From assembly GCF_035084215.1 (NCBI RefSeq), contig NC_090356.1, positions 16,988,001 through 17,052,000 of the forward strand: DNA of 64,000 bases, read 5' to 3'. Below the pieces are notes generated by a model. It searched no databases and was not told the DNA's origin. It worked only from the letters and a program-made list of their open reading frames with translations. This document shows, in pieces, positions 24,890-39,046 of this stretch. Source of the DNA: Heptranchias perlo (lineage: Eukaryota). The translations under genes and the position numbers were made by a program. Position 1 is the first letter of the stretch. Every line of letters starts with the position of its first letter.

Positions 24890-26715
24890 TGTGTGATAAA
24901 GAATTTATTAATTTTAAAAACTGAAACACAGATCAAAACATATTGTATTGAAGTCAACTTTTTTTTTAAAAGTTCAAAATAGGTCTTTCCGGGAAAAATT
25001 CATTAATGGTTTCCAGATTATATCATTTACGTTGAGGTTTGTGATTTTACTCATACTTTAATAAATAGGAAAAAAAACAAATTCTTTAATTTTAATAATC
25101 TTGTGGATGATGTGGAGAGGCCTTACAAAGCAATAACTTTTATGCTAGTCAGTTTAATGAATTTGCATTGTTTTTCCACTGTTCAGTTTTCAATAATTCC
25201 AAAATACAAAGTCACCAACAATTTCTCAATTCCAATGCAGCTTTCAAGAAACACACTTTCTAAAGGCTAGACAAATATTTTGTACATTATAAAGTAGAAC
25301 TGTAGAAACTTAATGAACCACAAACATTTCCCTACTCAATACTTTCAGAATAAAATTGTGGACTTTACGCTTATGTTTAACAGCAGTCTCTTCATGGAAA
25401 ATAAGTAACAACATATTCTGGAAGATCTTTAGTTTTTTTTCAATGACGTTAAAGACAGGCGATGATATTACTAATATATCCTGTAAATTTTATTGGTAGT
25501 CAATTTACAAAGCAGTCATTGCTATTACGCACAACATGCTCATTTCAGATTTACAGCTGAGTGGGACAGGTATAACTGTATTCAGGGAATTACTTTAATA
25601 TGGCAAAATGGGACTATATGTTCTTCAGTCAAGTGAAAATCTAATCTAACTATATTGCTTGTTAGAAATGACATTTAACAGTATTCCAAATATCCTATTT
25701 TAACATTGAATGCCACCCATAAAACAAGGATGATGCATTGCAAAGATCTTCCTGTTAAATTAACAGTTTGCAATTGTGTTAACTGCGAAGCCCATCAAAA
25801 TTTTATACAGGTTGTTTTTTTTGGAAAAATGTATTGCAAAATTCTAAAGATATTGTGTAAGAGGAAAGACAAACATAACCATCTTCCAGAAATAACTGAT
25901 TAAGCAGCAAATTATTATCCATTAAAGTATTGTTTCCAGCGATACAAGTGGTGCATTTTGAGCATCTTTTCTTTTTGGAGATCAATTACAAAAAAACTCA
26001 TTTATAAATTATGGTTTCTGTAACTGTTTTGCCAAAGGGTTACCCATAAAACCTATTGAGGAAAAGCCTGTAATTAGTTTGTAGGAATGTGCACAAGGTC
26101 TTGATCTCTCATACGGTCACTTATTTTACACTGGACAACCAATGTGACAGTCTCACTTTTCCCAATTTTGCTAAAATAAAAAGTATTTTTTTTTTAAAAG
26201 TTATTTTAAGTCCACACCCAGTTTTATCCTGCTTTAGCATTTAATTTTTGTTTTTTATTTTTATTCCAGAAATGCTTCCAATATATTTGAAATACAATAG
26301 TAATATAAATACATTAAAAAGTCATTTTGTTGGGGTATAGATTTTTAATCATTCTGAAGTAAACAATTAAAATCTGAAAATGCTGCTGCAAAACACACCC
26401 CTTTTAGAAATAGCAATAGTTTCAGATTCACCGTAATTAAGAGGCATAATATTGGCCACCCACTGTAAAATATGCATGACCAGCACAGTAAATCTGAACC
26501 TTCTGCCTATTCTTGAACTATTTGTTAGCTCCGTTGATCCATACATCTGTGAAAGAAAACCATAGGCTCTAGTTGGTCACTTTTTGTACATATACAAATG
26601 TAATTTTAATTACATCACTCCAGCGCACTGTCTTACTCTTCCCCTTCTGCACCGTTTCCCCAAAAGGAGTCCGATTTGTTTGCAAGGTTGCAATGATTTG
26701 GTCTCTCCAGCAGTT
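24890..26715 (-). other. UBE2J2: Probable long AT-rich UBE2J2 3' UTR with several AATAAA signals
   Basis: AT-rich stretch after the stop codon with no recognisable repeats; minus-strand AATAAA near 26254-26265, 25489-25494 and 24904-24909; the true 3' end is inferred. Confidence 0.5.
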
Positions 26716-26994
26716 TTATTCTTGTGCTATGCTTCGTAACACATACTTCACTGTGTAGGCAAAGGCTGCAAAACCAACAATGACGAACAAGTTTGCTAAA
26801 GCTCCCCCTAGGAGTCCATGGTTTCGGTTGGCCTGTTGAAGGCCTTGGTGGTTGGCAGCCGGTAGCATTGCATGGCCATTAAGAAGCGGCATACCATTCT
26901 GGTGCACTTCACCATCAGGGATAACATCCGGTAGAGGCAGGGCCTGAGCTCTGTTACTTAGTTCTTCTTGAGCTCGTTGCTTTTCTTTTATTTC
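26716..26994 (-). CDS. UBE2J2: UBE2J2 last coding exon (C-terminal tail anchor)
   Basis: ctag acceptor; EIKEKQRAQEELVNRAQALPLPDVIPDG...GLLGGALANLFVIVGFAAFAYTVKYVLRSIAQE*; C-terminus matches that recalled for vertebrate UBE2J2. Confidence 0.97.
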   Translation of the reverse strand, partial: EIKEKQRAQEELSNRAQALPLPDVIPDGEVHQNGMPLLNGHAMLPAANHQGLQQANRNHGLLGGALANLFVIVGFAAFAYTVKYVLRSIAQE

Positions 26995-28079
26995 CTAGAG
27001 GCATAAGAGAATAAAACTAATGTAATTAAATCTATTTAATTTGGAACCTCCTAATTTCTTCTTCTTTCCCTTATATTCTGTTCTTTCAATCCCAAACTCT
27101 CAAATGTATCATGAATCTTCAACCCAGAAAAATATTGCCACAGAACGCAAGTGCTAACTTTTGGTTGCAAGATATGCAAAAACAAACTGAACTCTGCTTT
27201 TAACATAAAACTCCTGCTCAAGAGCATTTGAAGATTTCAATGTTGCTGACTGCCCTCAACCCTTAAGGACATCTTAATTTCCTCATACTTGGAATCACCT
27301 TTAACCACTTTTGTACTGTCACCTGCATAGATTACATTCCAAGAGTGCAGCATTCATGAGTTACCTCCTGGCATTTACATTACTAAATCTGACTCCTTTA
27401 TCCTGGTGGCAGAATCATAGCCTGCAGAAAAACAGGTCTACGATTCTGCCACTGAGGTAAGGACAACACATTTAGTAACGTAGACATTAGGAGCCAGCTC
27501 ACCAATGCCAACCTTATAAGGGTCAGTAGAAAACTGGATAAAGCTGCTCACCCTCCCCAATGATACCCTTCGTATAATTATGTGACCAGAACTTCCCCCT
27601 GGAACTCGATGCAGGACTAACCAACATCATATACAGCAACATAATTTCTTATGACGTGTGCTCTATCCTTCTATTAAAGCGACCCTGTCGTTTATTTGCC
27701 TTTATTTACTGAAGCCAAGCATTGTGATGATGATTCCATAGATTCATCTACGATGATCTCCAGATCTCTTTCCTGATCAACATGGTCTATTAAATAGCTA
27801 CTCTCTCTTCTGATTTTTACTTCCATTCTAAAAATTCTTTTGTACCCATTCACAGTAAATGAAACATGCTCCTACTTGCCCAGTCAACTAAAGGATCTAA
27901 ATAATAATGAATCTGGCTTCATTGTTTCCGCTGTCTATTTTGATATCTACAGACACAAGATTTTGCTTACAATACAATTGGCCAGATCATTTTCATACAT
28001 TAGAAAATAAAATAGCAAGTGCCCAAGATTGACAATACATTCAATATGTTGTTAATCCTGAATGTTTATGAACACTTAC

Positions 28080-28160
28080 CTCCACTAAATCTGGGAAGAG
28101 CTCACAAAATACTTTATCCTTTAGATTAAAAGCACTGCTTTGGGCAGCAAGTTGTCTTTT
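28080..28160 (-). CDS. UBE2J2: UBE2J2 coding exon 5
   Basis: 81 nt, cag acceptor and GTAAGT donor; KRQLAAQSSAFNLKDKVFCELFPDLVE. Confidence 0.95.
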
Positions 28161-29619
28161 CTGCCAAGAGGTAAAGATTCAAAATATTAGCATTACTTTT
28201 GGTTCATTCAAGGACCAGTACAAACTTCCACAAGACTCATTTTTATGAATTATTTTGCCAATTAAAAGAAAACACTTCAACATTTATTATTAAAACAGAT
28301 TCACAAGTAACCTTTCAAAGATTGCAGTAAAATCTTTACATCAAAAGTTAATTTTTCTTCTGGAATGTACTATTAAGCACAAGCTATTATCTATTAAATA
28401 TTAAAAATGATGTGCGGTCTCAAGATTCTAATGGTATTGCCCCAGTGGATGGCAGTGCAAGCAAAAACAAACCATGACCAATTGATTACAACAGGGTTGA
28501 ACCTAATGTCATGTGATGGCCCCTCACCCAAATGAAAAGTCAAACAGAAGTCAGAACAATCAATCTCTTGAATAAAAACTGTCCCCCCACACCGAGCCAA
28601 ATTTTAGCCTTCAACCCCACCCCTCCCATTGGACAAGTTTTCTCCCCTTCAACCACCTACCCAATGTCCATGTTTTCAGCCCACAACCCCCACTCAGCAA
28701 AATTTTGGCTCTCATTTCCCTCCAAACATTGAGCAAAATTTTGACCCTCAAACCCCCCCCCCCAACAAATTGATCCAGATTTCAGCCTCCAATATCCCAC
28801 CACCACGGGGCGCATATTAAGCCCTTACTTCCGGCAGCTATCTGTTTTCAGCCTGCACCCCCCCTCCCCGTGACCCTCAAATCCCATTGCCCCCACTAAG
28901 CAAGATCTTGGCCCATAACACCGTCCTCTGCCACTGTCTTCTCCCTCCTCCTTACCCTCTTCCCTTCCGACATGCCTCCTCCTCATCCCCTCTAACCCTT
29001 TTTGACCTGAAAAGTTCAATTTGGTCTTGACTACCTATGTGCACCTAATGTTTATATAATATTCAACATTAGGTTTTTGGGGATATTTTAGAACATGTAA
29101 TGGAAGCTGGTTTCTCAAATAAACAAAGCACCAAGTACATCAAGGTTTAAAAAAAAGAGGCAAGTAGGGAGGGAGCGTTGCACATGGCAGCTGAACTGCA
29201 TCCAAAGAATTAGGAGGACAATACTTGTAGTAAGTAATTCAACATTTCTCCTCATTCAAACTCCATAAACAAATGTGTCATGCTGAAGTAGTACAGAAAA
29301 AGAGCTGGAAAGCTGAGTAAGAGGGCAGTTTGGAGCATATTACAACAATTAGACTTTTAACTCAAATTATTAAAACCAAGAGGATACTCTGGTGAAAAAG
29401 TGAATGTTTTGTAAAAGTATGGAAATTTCACCATACAGCAGCCTTGCAGAAAGTGCATGGAGACATTTTCATATATTGACCCTAAACGTGCCACAGCATG
29501 AGTAGAACAAGCTTTTTCTATTCCTGGTGAATCACAACTAGCGAATAGACAAAGATACAGTTTAGTGCCCAGTTTCAAGGGCATTAGCTTACCCTACTTA
29601 CTTAAAAGAAACTAAAGGT

Positions 29620-31300
29620 GCTCTTACATTACTGCGATGACATCAATTCCCAGCGCTCAGGTCTCCTGCAGTCAATGACAGTCAAGTATAAACTTACTTG
29701 CCTCTACATGACCAATGGCTAGAGGTCTACCTTTTAGCTGGTCCCCTAATCTCCCACCATGATGCCATGATGCCATGATGCAAAGGGGAACTACGTATCT
29801 GCCCTACACAGAAGTCAGAATTAGCTAATTTGGTAAACACAGGGCAGCAGCGCATGTATGTCACTCTCCTGAGACACAGACCCCAACTAAAGATAAAACT
29901 GCTATAAGATGTTGAGAAGCCTAGGTTCAAATTGGTTTGACACATACGTAGAAAACATGATTCAGACCCCAGGTAGGCATTACTGGCTCAGGAATTTTAT
30001 GTCCCTGATAGCTTTCAGGTAACTAGATACCAGTGAATGTTCACCAACTAAATGCACTACCAGAGGTGGGTAAAATGCTGCAATGGCTGTTACATAAACT
30101 TTTAACAAGCCAGGTGATAGACAATGAGTTTATAAATACTACCAATAAGTGTGGATGGAGTTACTGTAATGGCTTGGTCGGCTTGAATCTTGTGACTAAT
30201 CATGGGCAGCAAAGGAAAAACTAGCACAGCAGAAGGGAATTTCTCCACGCAATAAATATCTTGATGCCTGCATTCGCTTATTTTGAAAACTTGCAATAGA
30301 TAACTCCAAGTTTCAAAGATAACCTGGGGTGTCTCCAGATAAATGGTGCACTTGTACGGTTGGACCATAGTCCTGTACAGGTTATCAGCTATGACATTGA
30401 GCCCTCAAGGCTTTGTGCAAGAAGATGGTTGTATGCTAATAATTAGTGCCACCTTTGCATGATGTTGAGACATGTCCAACACAAACCACTCAAGTAGTGC
30501 TGTCTGCCCAGACCAGTGTCCTTTTACATGCACATTTGGATAAACGTTTCTTGAATGTGGTACATTAGTCCAAGCATTAGTTACCATGGAAGAGCTTGTA
30601 GCTACAATCTATTCAGTATATTGGTCTCAAGACTATCAAGGTATTTGCTAGCTTCTATTTATTCAATATCCTTACACAATAGTGTGTGTAGAGTGGTTTG
30701 GGGACTACTTCATATACAATGGCACATATGCTTTCCCAAACAGTTTTTAGTGTATGTCTACATTGGCGGCCAGACAACAAAAATTAGTTGATAAATCCAC
30801 TAAGCCCAGGAGTGGAGTCCTCACTTGTGATAAAGCTTCTTGAACAGAAAGACACACACTTGGGAGCAGATCTAAACATCAACTAAAATGCAACAAGATC
30901 CAAGAACCTAGGGAACGGGACATTTCCCCATGCTGTCCAACTAAAAACTTATATCTTTCCTCAAAAATTTCTGATTCATAACTGCCATCTGCTTTTACTA
31001 ACATAACTGGACCTTGGCTTAGTGCACTCAATCAATGCTGGTACCTGGTGACAATAGGATACTTTAATGATGCTGTTTGAACAGTTGAAACACTGACCAC
31101 TGCCTTGCTAAAGACTTGATCTGCATCAGTACCAACAGCAGCAAAAAAGATCTTGCAAAGCTGTGGAAAGAGAGTCAAAACTTTAAATTTAAGAAACTTC
31201 ACAAGGAAGGATACTGTGTCATCAACAGGCACTTATGGGAATAGCATTCTGAAAACTCACTGTTCCAGCAAGCGAGAAAGAAATATATTCAAACTCTACC
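29620..31300 (-). mobile_element. Highly decayed DIRS-like (tyrosine-recombinase) retrotransposon
   Basis: Ordered relic motifs on the minus strand: RNase H-like KGHWS and GLNVIADNLYR (cf. NvlADaLSR), then VFPLLPMISHKIQADQA (cf. AFPP..l.KI..dqa), then a YR-like segment near 29650-29710; many stops. Confidence 0.5.
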
Positions 31301-32669
31301 AATGGTTCAGTATCAACTAGCACTAGAGTACAGCTAGTGAGACTGATAGTCAGCCAATGTTCTTGAAACAAGAGTTTATCAATTTCAACACTTGTTACCG
31401 TAATTCAGTGCTTGAATTGGAGCAGGTTATCCAACTCCGAGGGGACCTCCAATGCCTCCTCCCTGGCTTTGAGTTGATACAGAACACAACTCAACTTTGG
31501 AGCATTCTTGGGACCCATTTTTCTGTATGATTTGGAGGTCTACTTCTTTGACAAGCTAATGACAGAAGCATCTCTGAATCTATTAAATGAAATCATCCAA
31601 GCTAGCAGGATCTCTTTCCAGCACATTCAATGATCACAATATGCCTTGCTGCAAAACTTGAAACATGTTGCACACATATACAGATCATGTGCTGTTGGCA
31701 GACAACATTTTTGGAAAGGCTATGTGGCAAGATGAACTGATTTTAAAAGCAAGCATCGACATCAACTGAAGCAAAACAAAGCACAACTAATGAACTTAAA
31801 TATGGATATAAAATATTCTGAAACCAGAAAATTGAAAAATGTTAACCTTTACAATTAAACTGCAAAAAGTAAAGGCTACTAAAATGACCAAATGTGTTAA
31901 GATACAAACACTGAAGATTAGCTTGTTTTCCCAGTGTACTGATAATAGAACAAACTGCTCCCAGTGACAAAGAATTTACATTTTCAAAATGAGGCCCTAA
32001 ATACAGAAGTAAAACATGGCAATGTGGTCAACACAACTCCTGTATGGTACCAAACTCAAAATAGCACCTAGGGTACCTCCCCCCACTTACATATCAGCCC
32101 AGTAAATTGAGACTGATTAATAAGGAAGAATCAAAATTAATACAAAACAAGATATCAAATGATTTTAGAAGCATTACCACACCTTTTAACAAAGTTCCTT
32201 GAGCATAAAAAAAATGACAAAGATTACACAGACCTGGAAAATAAGGAGTGAAAGAGACGTCGTTATTTACCCTTCTTCGCTCCGTACAAAAAAGGTTTCA
32301 AGGGGCACTAACTTTAGTGTTTTCAAATCAGAAAATAGTACGGTAGAGTTCCAGAAGTGCCCGTTAGCTAAACTCACTCACAGTGAGTTGTCAGTTTTTG
32401 CCCAAATCACCAAAAAAAGGCACTCCAATTGAACTGCACCTCCCACTGGCTGGGGAGAGTTATGATCAATACAGACAAAGAGAAATTAGACAGACAACCT
32501 AACTTCCTGATTTAGGAGAATGGGAGACTATAAGAAAAGAAAAGTGAAGTGGAAGAGGATAAAAATACAATTTGAAGGGCACGCTACATCATTCAGTTCA
32601 AACCTCAAAAAACCCACAACATGATGATAATGAAAGCCTTGTCTTTAGTAATGAATGGAAAGAACTCAC

Positions 32670-32808
32670 TGTATATTCTGAAGTTTCAATACTGCCCAAT
32701 GTAGGCCCTTTCTCTACCATGAAGCTAAGGAGACCCGTCAGGATTGTAGAGACAGACCAGGCTGGGTTCCAGGTATCTGGATGGAAATCAGTGATTGAAA
32801 GACATAAC
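32670..32808 (-). CDS. UBE2J2: UBE2J2 coding exon 4 with catalytic Cys
   Basis: 139 nt, cag acceptor and GTGAGT donor; (R)LCLSITDFHPDTWNPAWSVSTILTGLLSFMVEKGPTLGSIETSEYT. Confidence 0.97.
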
Positions 32809-35800
32809 CTGCAAGGAAAAGGTCTTTACTAAAATTATGGTTCTTTATTCGATGAGGTTTATGCAACTCCTCAAATCACTTAGCTCACAGATATCCCACA
32901 TCAATGAACTGGTAAATAGCATTCTCACTCCTTTTAGGCAATTTATCAAAAATGTATTTTCCTTTGGGACTCTCGATCTCTACAATTTAAAAAGGTATTA
33001 TTTTTAAGGCAATACTTAAAGTGACTGGATGTCAGCCTATGATATCTCACATAGTGAGATCCTGATCTCAAGCAGGGCTTCAAAGAGGCAGTGATGCAAC
33101 TCTGGACAGGGGGGCAAGAGAACATCCCTTCAGCAACTCCTAGTGACCAGTTACGGAGCAAAGTTCTGGAAGGTCAACTATAAAGCTCTTAGATTGAGGA
33201 AAGGTGTACTGGATTTTGAGGAGGAAAAGAATGGAAGATATAGGAACTAAAACTATGGAAAATAAATAATGTAACATTATAATGGATGGAACTTTTAGAA
33301 ATTCCTTGTGCCACAACAGAAATTCTTCATTTAAGACTTCCAGTAGGTCAGCTCAAAATAAACACATTAAAGATTCTTACACTGTACAAAGGCACTTGGA
33401 TAGGAGTTTTAATTAAACGATTTTAAGCAACGTGTAGGTTTTGGTAAATTTCATGTTGGTGTTGTTTCTGGGAGCTCAGGAGAAAATACTTAAATTCACG
33501 CATGCTTTGCAAAATAGGTAGAACTCCAGATTATAAATTTACGGTGCATCTCTCGCATACAATCACTACTTACACATATAACAGTTATACAGATGACTGT
33601 CCAAAGACATACAGTATATGTGCCATCTCAGCTTATTAGTTATTGTTTTACAATATTTTTGCAAAAGTTCAGTGGCTGGAAACGAATTACCAAATTGCTG
33701 ACGAAAGGCATCAACAATCACATTATAAATTACCATTTCTGTAACAAGCTATTTACAAGAGATGTTCCAAAAATAGCAAGAGAAATTGTGTCTGAATGGA
33801 TATGGGTACAAGAGGAAAATGGGAAACAATGGAATTTCAATATATCAAAGTTTAAGTGGCTGGCAAAAAGACTTTAAAATATTAAGATTCCACTGGACAT
33901 GCAAATGTGGATCAAGGAATTTTATGAATAACCAGTGGATCTGCAAAATAAACCACCTAATGAGCCTTGTAATTTTTTTTGTTGGAAAATGGCATTATAA
34001 CTGTAAAAAACACAAAGTATACCAATCAGAGTTCACAGCAGAAAGTCTGCCACTATTTGGTTATGTTTTTGTTTTAAAAAAGAGCAGCATACAACATGCT
34101 ACTCACAACAGGTAACATTCTTACATTAGCACATGAATAATAATTTCTGTTTGCATCGATCAAAAATGAAAGCAACTTATAATCTTGATTAAAGCAATTA
34201 CAAAATGTGTAAACATTTGCTCACTAATTATGATGTTCAAATTTTTAAGCAAACTCAGTATGTTGAAAAAGTCAAACTGATACAACACAGTTGGGTGTAA
34301 AAACCTTTCCTCTTTGCAAATCTATTTCAAAATGATAAATGGATCAAAACTTTAATAATGCGTATAAGTTGGAACTCACACCGGTGAGGAAAAACTTGTG
34401 TCAACTCAGATATTCAGTGCATTCCACAGGCCCCAGCTCATCAATTGTGGAAAAGCATAACAAATTCTATAGCTTGTTTCACTTCTCTACTTTCTTCTTC
34501 CTATTTCCAATATATTTTCTCCCCTACTTTTAGCTGCCTCTCCCCTAATCCACACACCTATCACCAGCCAAAGTGAAGCAATGAACCCAAGCCCAGGCCT
34601 GGCATTTCTGCCACTGGGAGGTGATCTACACAACAGCACCTTGGGATGACTTTCCCTCCCATGTCCTCTCCAGCTGGAAGGAAACAGCTTTATTTACACT
34701 CTGCACCTCTCAATAACTTAACTGAGATTAGGAATGGCCTATGTTAGGACTCAACTGGGGTTCAATCACAGATCGGAAAGCCACCTGGTTTCAAATAATA
34801 AAGGATTTTTAAAATGTTCTTTATGGGATTTTAGCTAGCCAGCTGATGACTACTTTAAATTGGGTTACTGCTTGTTGGGATCAGCTTGTCTATAAGCATA
34901 ATTAATTCACATTGCTGGCTGGAAAATCACTTGAGACAAATGAGTCACCTCTGGCTAGATAAACTGACTAATGAATGGTAGACAAAGGTGCTAGAAACAG
35001 TTAATATTGTTCAACCGGCTGTGAGAAGCAGACAGCTAATCGTTTACAAGATTGCTGGCTGACTGAGGAAAAAACTATCACTCCCTGTAGGAGACTTGAT
35101 TTGTTTCATGAGGTACACATTATTAGGAAAACCCATCAGACAAACTGCGTGGCTTTAAAACCTACTTGTGATTTGACATCCATGTTTGACTGTGAAAGAC
35201 AATTGATCTTTGGTTTAATTCAGACTTCCAAATAAAGAGATGGCTTATTTCAGGTCCCAAATCAAGGTTTGTTTAATGAATTTCTGCTTTGCCAAACATT
35301 GACAAGCCGGGGCTAGTGGAACATTGTATATTTCGTTACAGATGTGTGTTCTAACTTATGAGCATTATTAACGTTGTGAAACATTTAACAATTTGAAATA
35401 TACTTGCAGTACTAGAGCGAAGTTATTTTACTGTGATCTAGTAAAATCTGCTGTTTGCTCTTGCTCCGTCTGGCTTGATTTTACTTCTTCATAAACCTGA
35501 TTTATAGTTTATAGCCCAGGAAATATGGTCCACCAGAGATTTATTTGTCAGTCTGAACGATCAGGAGAATATAAGGCATCTTGCAGTATTTCCAGTCAGC
35601 CTATCAGCAGCAAAAGGAGTTTTTCGTCACCACGAACATGCTATATTATCAGATACTTCCGACGTAAGGAAACGTCTGTTCATTTGAAGTGAGGGCTTGC
35701 TTATGGGAGTGGCTTTTTGTGTTGAGGGTGGGGATAGAGCGCCAGGAAAATGCCTGAATTGTAACACTGTGTGGCTGATGATGAGTGAAAACAATTTTTT

Positions 35801-36197
35801 TTTGCAAGGCTTCTTCATGCTCATTGCGAGCCATGGCAAAAAGTGTTATATAACCTTCTAGTCATTCAAAAGAATGTTAAAAAATTTGCATATATTTCTA
35901 GCATCATTGGTTAGGGACAGTTAAGCAGTTTAGCCGACGGAGCTTTTGAACTTGTACCAATTTGAAACCATTATTTGAATTGTCGCACACAATTTTGAAG
36001 GGTTTGAGGACAGGTATGTGTCAGAAATTGGAAACATTAGATTCCTTTTGGCATAAACACAGCAAATGTAAATGCTATAATCAGTGTGAATAACCTGTGA
36101 AGTCTGTAGGAAGGGAAGAACTGATGACAGCAGATCCTTATGCTTTGTACTTTCACGTGACTAATGAAAACCTTACATCAAAAACAAAACCTCTTAC

Positions 36198-36300
36198 CGG
36201 GTATTGCATTTGAATCTTCCATTTGGTGTAATCATATAAATACTAGGGGGTTTGAAGGGGAATTCTCTGGGGAAAACTAACTTCCCATGATAAAGACCAC
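36198..36300 (-). CDS. UBE2J2: UBE2J2 coding exon 3
   Basis: 103 nt, tag acceptor and GTAAG donor; [33 protein letters not shown](R). Confidence 0.97.
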
Positions 36301-38092
36301 CTAGAAAACAAGAGCACTATCAGAATATGTATATATTTCACTTTTATATATTTAGCAAACATTTAAAACATACCATTCTTTATTGCACAAAGCCTTTGAT
36401 CATGTGAAAAATGGACCAGTAACAGTTTTAACTTAAGCGACAGCAAATTGCACAATAAGCAAACGACTGGCAGAGTCAACACTGCAATACTTTCACATTT
36501 TGAACACTGTTGTTTATTTCTTATTATAGAATTAGTTTCTCATTATAGAATTAGTTTAGAAATTCGAGTAAATAGTTCAGAAAATGTTTGCAAATGTAAA
36601 TCTTGGTTTATATTGTGGCAGCTTTTGAAAATAACTTTTTTTTTAAAAAAGCTGTGAAGCAAATCTCATGTTTCCTCTCTCATCAACCCCATTCTTCTCC
36701 CCATCCCAAATATTCAATGGAGAAACCAAACTATATTCTAAATATTCTTTCCTTTTGAACATTCATTAAGGTTAACATCCTCAATCTATATCAGCAGCAA
36801 ACTAATTACCACTCGTGCTCTCTTTAAATTTATCCACAAGCATAGCTTTTTCACTGGTATCCACCTGCAAGCAGGCATGTAGTTCCACATGAACTCTTGA
36901 ATATTAGAAGCACTTTCTTCACAATTGAATATGCTATAAAAAGAATACATTATGAAGACTTGAGATAAAAATTACATCACATTCATAGCATGGACCACGA
37001 TCAGGACCAACTCTTTATTTGGTCAGTCCACCGATAGATATATATATCTATCTATCTTATCCTATGGATCTACCTTGCCTCCAGTAATATCAATTAATAG
37101 TGACAGTGTTAAGTCGCTCCTGCAGTTAGTCTACAAATAATAAATTCCCCAGAAAGGTTTAATTTCAAATCAGACATCACTCAAAATGTAAATTCTATAT
37201 CGTATGTCTATTTTTTTTTGTGATGAAGCCTCATGTCCCAGTTTTCTGATTGGTTCACTGCTCCTACTGTGAAAAATAACCAGACATTAACAAAAAAAAT
37301 TAGCTGCCTTTCAGTCTCTACGACAGGTCCCGGCTTACAGCCCAGCAAAGATAAATAAAGGGTAATTCAAATTCCTAACTTACCTCCGCAGCTGCCCTTA
37401 CTGCTCTCTCGCTGGCAGCCCCTCCACCTTCCCAACCTGCGACTCTCCCCTCAGGGCATTCACCCTCCCCACGTTTCACATTTTGAGACAGGCTTTTGCT
37501 CTTGCCTGCCACTTGCTTCCTGTCCGCTTCCACCTTGTGCTCCCACTCACTGTCTAACCTCTGCTCCTTAACTTGGGAGAAGCCAATCAGCTCACATTAC
37601 CTCATCTATATCCAGCAGGATGGCAACGTAACTTTGCCATTAAACTTTCAACTGAAGTCAAGATTTTGAACTTATGAAACTCCTTTTTAACAATGAATCC
37701 ATTCACTATTGGAAATTAAAATGCATTGTTACCTTGAGAATGTTCTTCGTCTATATCTTAATGTGCAGTAAAATGTTATTGATGGAAAATTGCACATCAC
37801 ACAACTTGTACATTGCATTTGATATTCAGAGGATGAATGATTAAATGACAATACTTAAACTTTGACGCAGTACCATTAAGAAATATAAATTTAAATTCTG
37901 CCATTACTGCCCAACTGTGGAATGTCAAAACTGCACGTCAGTCAGAAAGGTATATATTTAACATGTTGTGCAGCAACCAATTTATTATGGAACGATAAAC
38001 ACGACTAAAGAATGTGATAAATCAGGGAGAATGACATTAATACACTAGCCATCAATTATCAAATCAGAATTTACAGGAATGCTAATACATAC

Positions 38093-38133
38093 CCTCGTAA
38101 GGTGTTTTCTCAGGACCTCGTACCACGTAATGC
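38093..38133 (-). CDS. UBE2J2: UBE2J2 coding exon 2 (41 nt)
   Basis: tag acceptor and GTATGT donor; (W)HYVVRGPEKTPYE(G); phases fit both neighbours. Confidence 0.94.
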
Positions 38134-38764
38134 CTAGCAAGAGAAGGTAAATGTTAAGGAAACCAACATTTTCCATTTTCTGCTTCCTGAATAAGGCTGT
38201 TCTGTGCTTAAATTTTGCAAGGAAATGGTCATTTGCAATCTAGTAATATAATAATTTTGCTGTACTCTGGTCCAATGCCATGGTGTTTGGGAAGCCTTTA
38301 TAACTTTGAAATACTGTCATTTTTCAACCATTGACTAACATTTTTATACCCTAACATAAAATTACAAGAAATCGATAGTGATGGTGGGGAATAAAATCAC
38401 ACAAGAGCAAAACTTCTTAAGGAGCATTGTTATAGTAATTTTACCCCAGTGGATTGGGGGCGGGGGGAATACAGCAAGCAATTATTGTTTAGATCTACTA
38501 AGAAACTGGCATTTTTCCTGAAAATTGAAGGACTTGGCTGCAAGTCGTAGAACTTTGCCAGATATGACATGGGATGCTGTCAGTTATTTTACACAAAATC
38601 AAGGGTCACAAATTACTGTCACCGTTTTATAGTTGTGACTTTTTCCAACATTTTTTTCCCTCTTGTAATTGTCTGTTTCTGGAAACTGCGGTCAAACCAA
38701 TGTCATTTACAAACTGAAAGGTGTAGCTTTTACATTTTGCCGCAGTGAGTTAGTGAGCCTTGGT

Positions 38765-39046
38765 CGGTGTTGTCCAATATGTTAGCCACTAGCCACATGT
38801 GGCTAATTGCATTTTTATCAGTAAATAAAAAGTGAGTAACAGACTCCATTGTTGGGCATGTGATCTCAATACTCATATTTGCACAGCATGTACACTTTAA
38901 TCTTGTTTGTTGAGTAAATATACACATGAAGCACATTTACCTGTAATGTGAGTACGTCACTTTCTACTAGAATTTGTGCACGTGGCTAATCCTGTGTCGA
39001 TGTATTCATGCTTGTGCCAGTCAGCCATTTCTATTGGACAACACTG
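38765..39046. mobile_element. hAT-Charlie non-autonomous element (MITE), 282 bp
   Basis: 15-bp TIR cggtgttgtccaata / tattggacaacactg; 8-bp TSD GCCTTGGT / GCCTAGGT. Confidence 0.8.

Noticed and set aside
28560-29000. C-rich degenerate repeats and short ORFs
   Set aside because: Low complexity with no consistent unit and no coding signal
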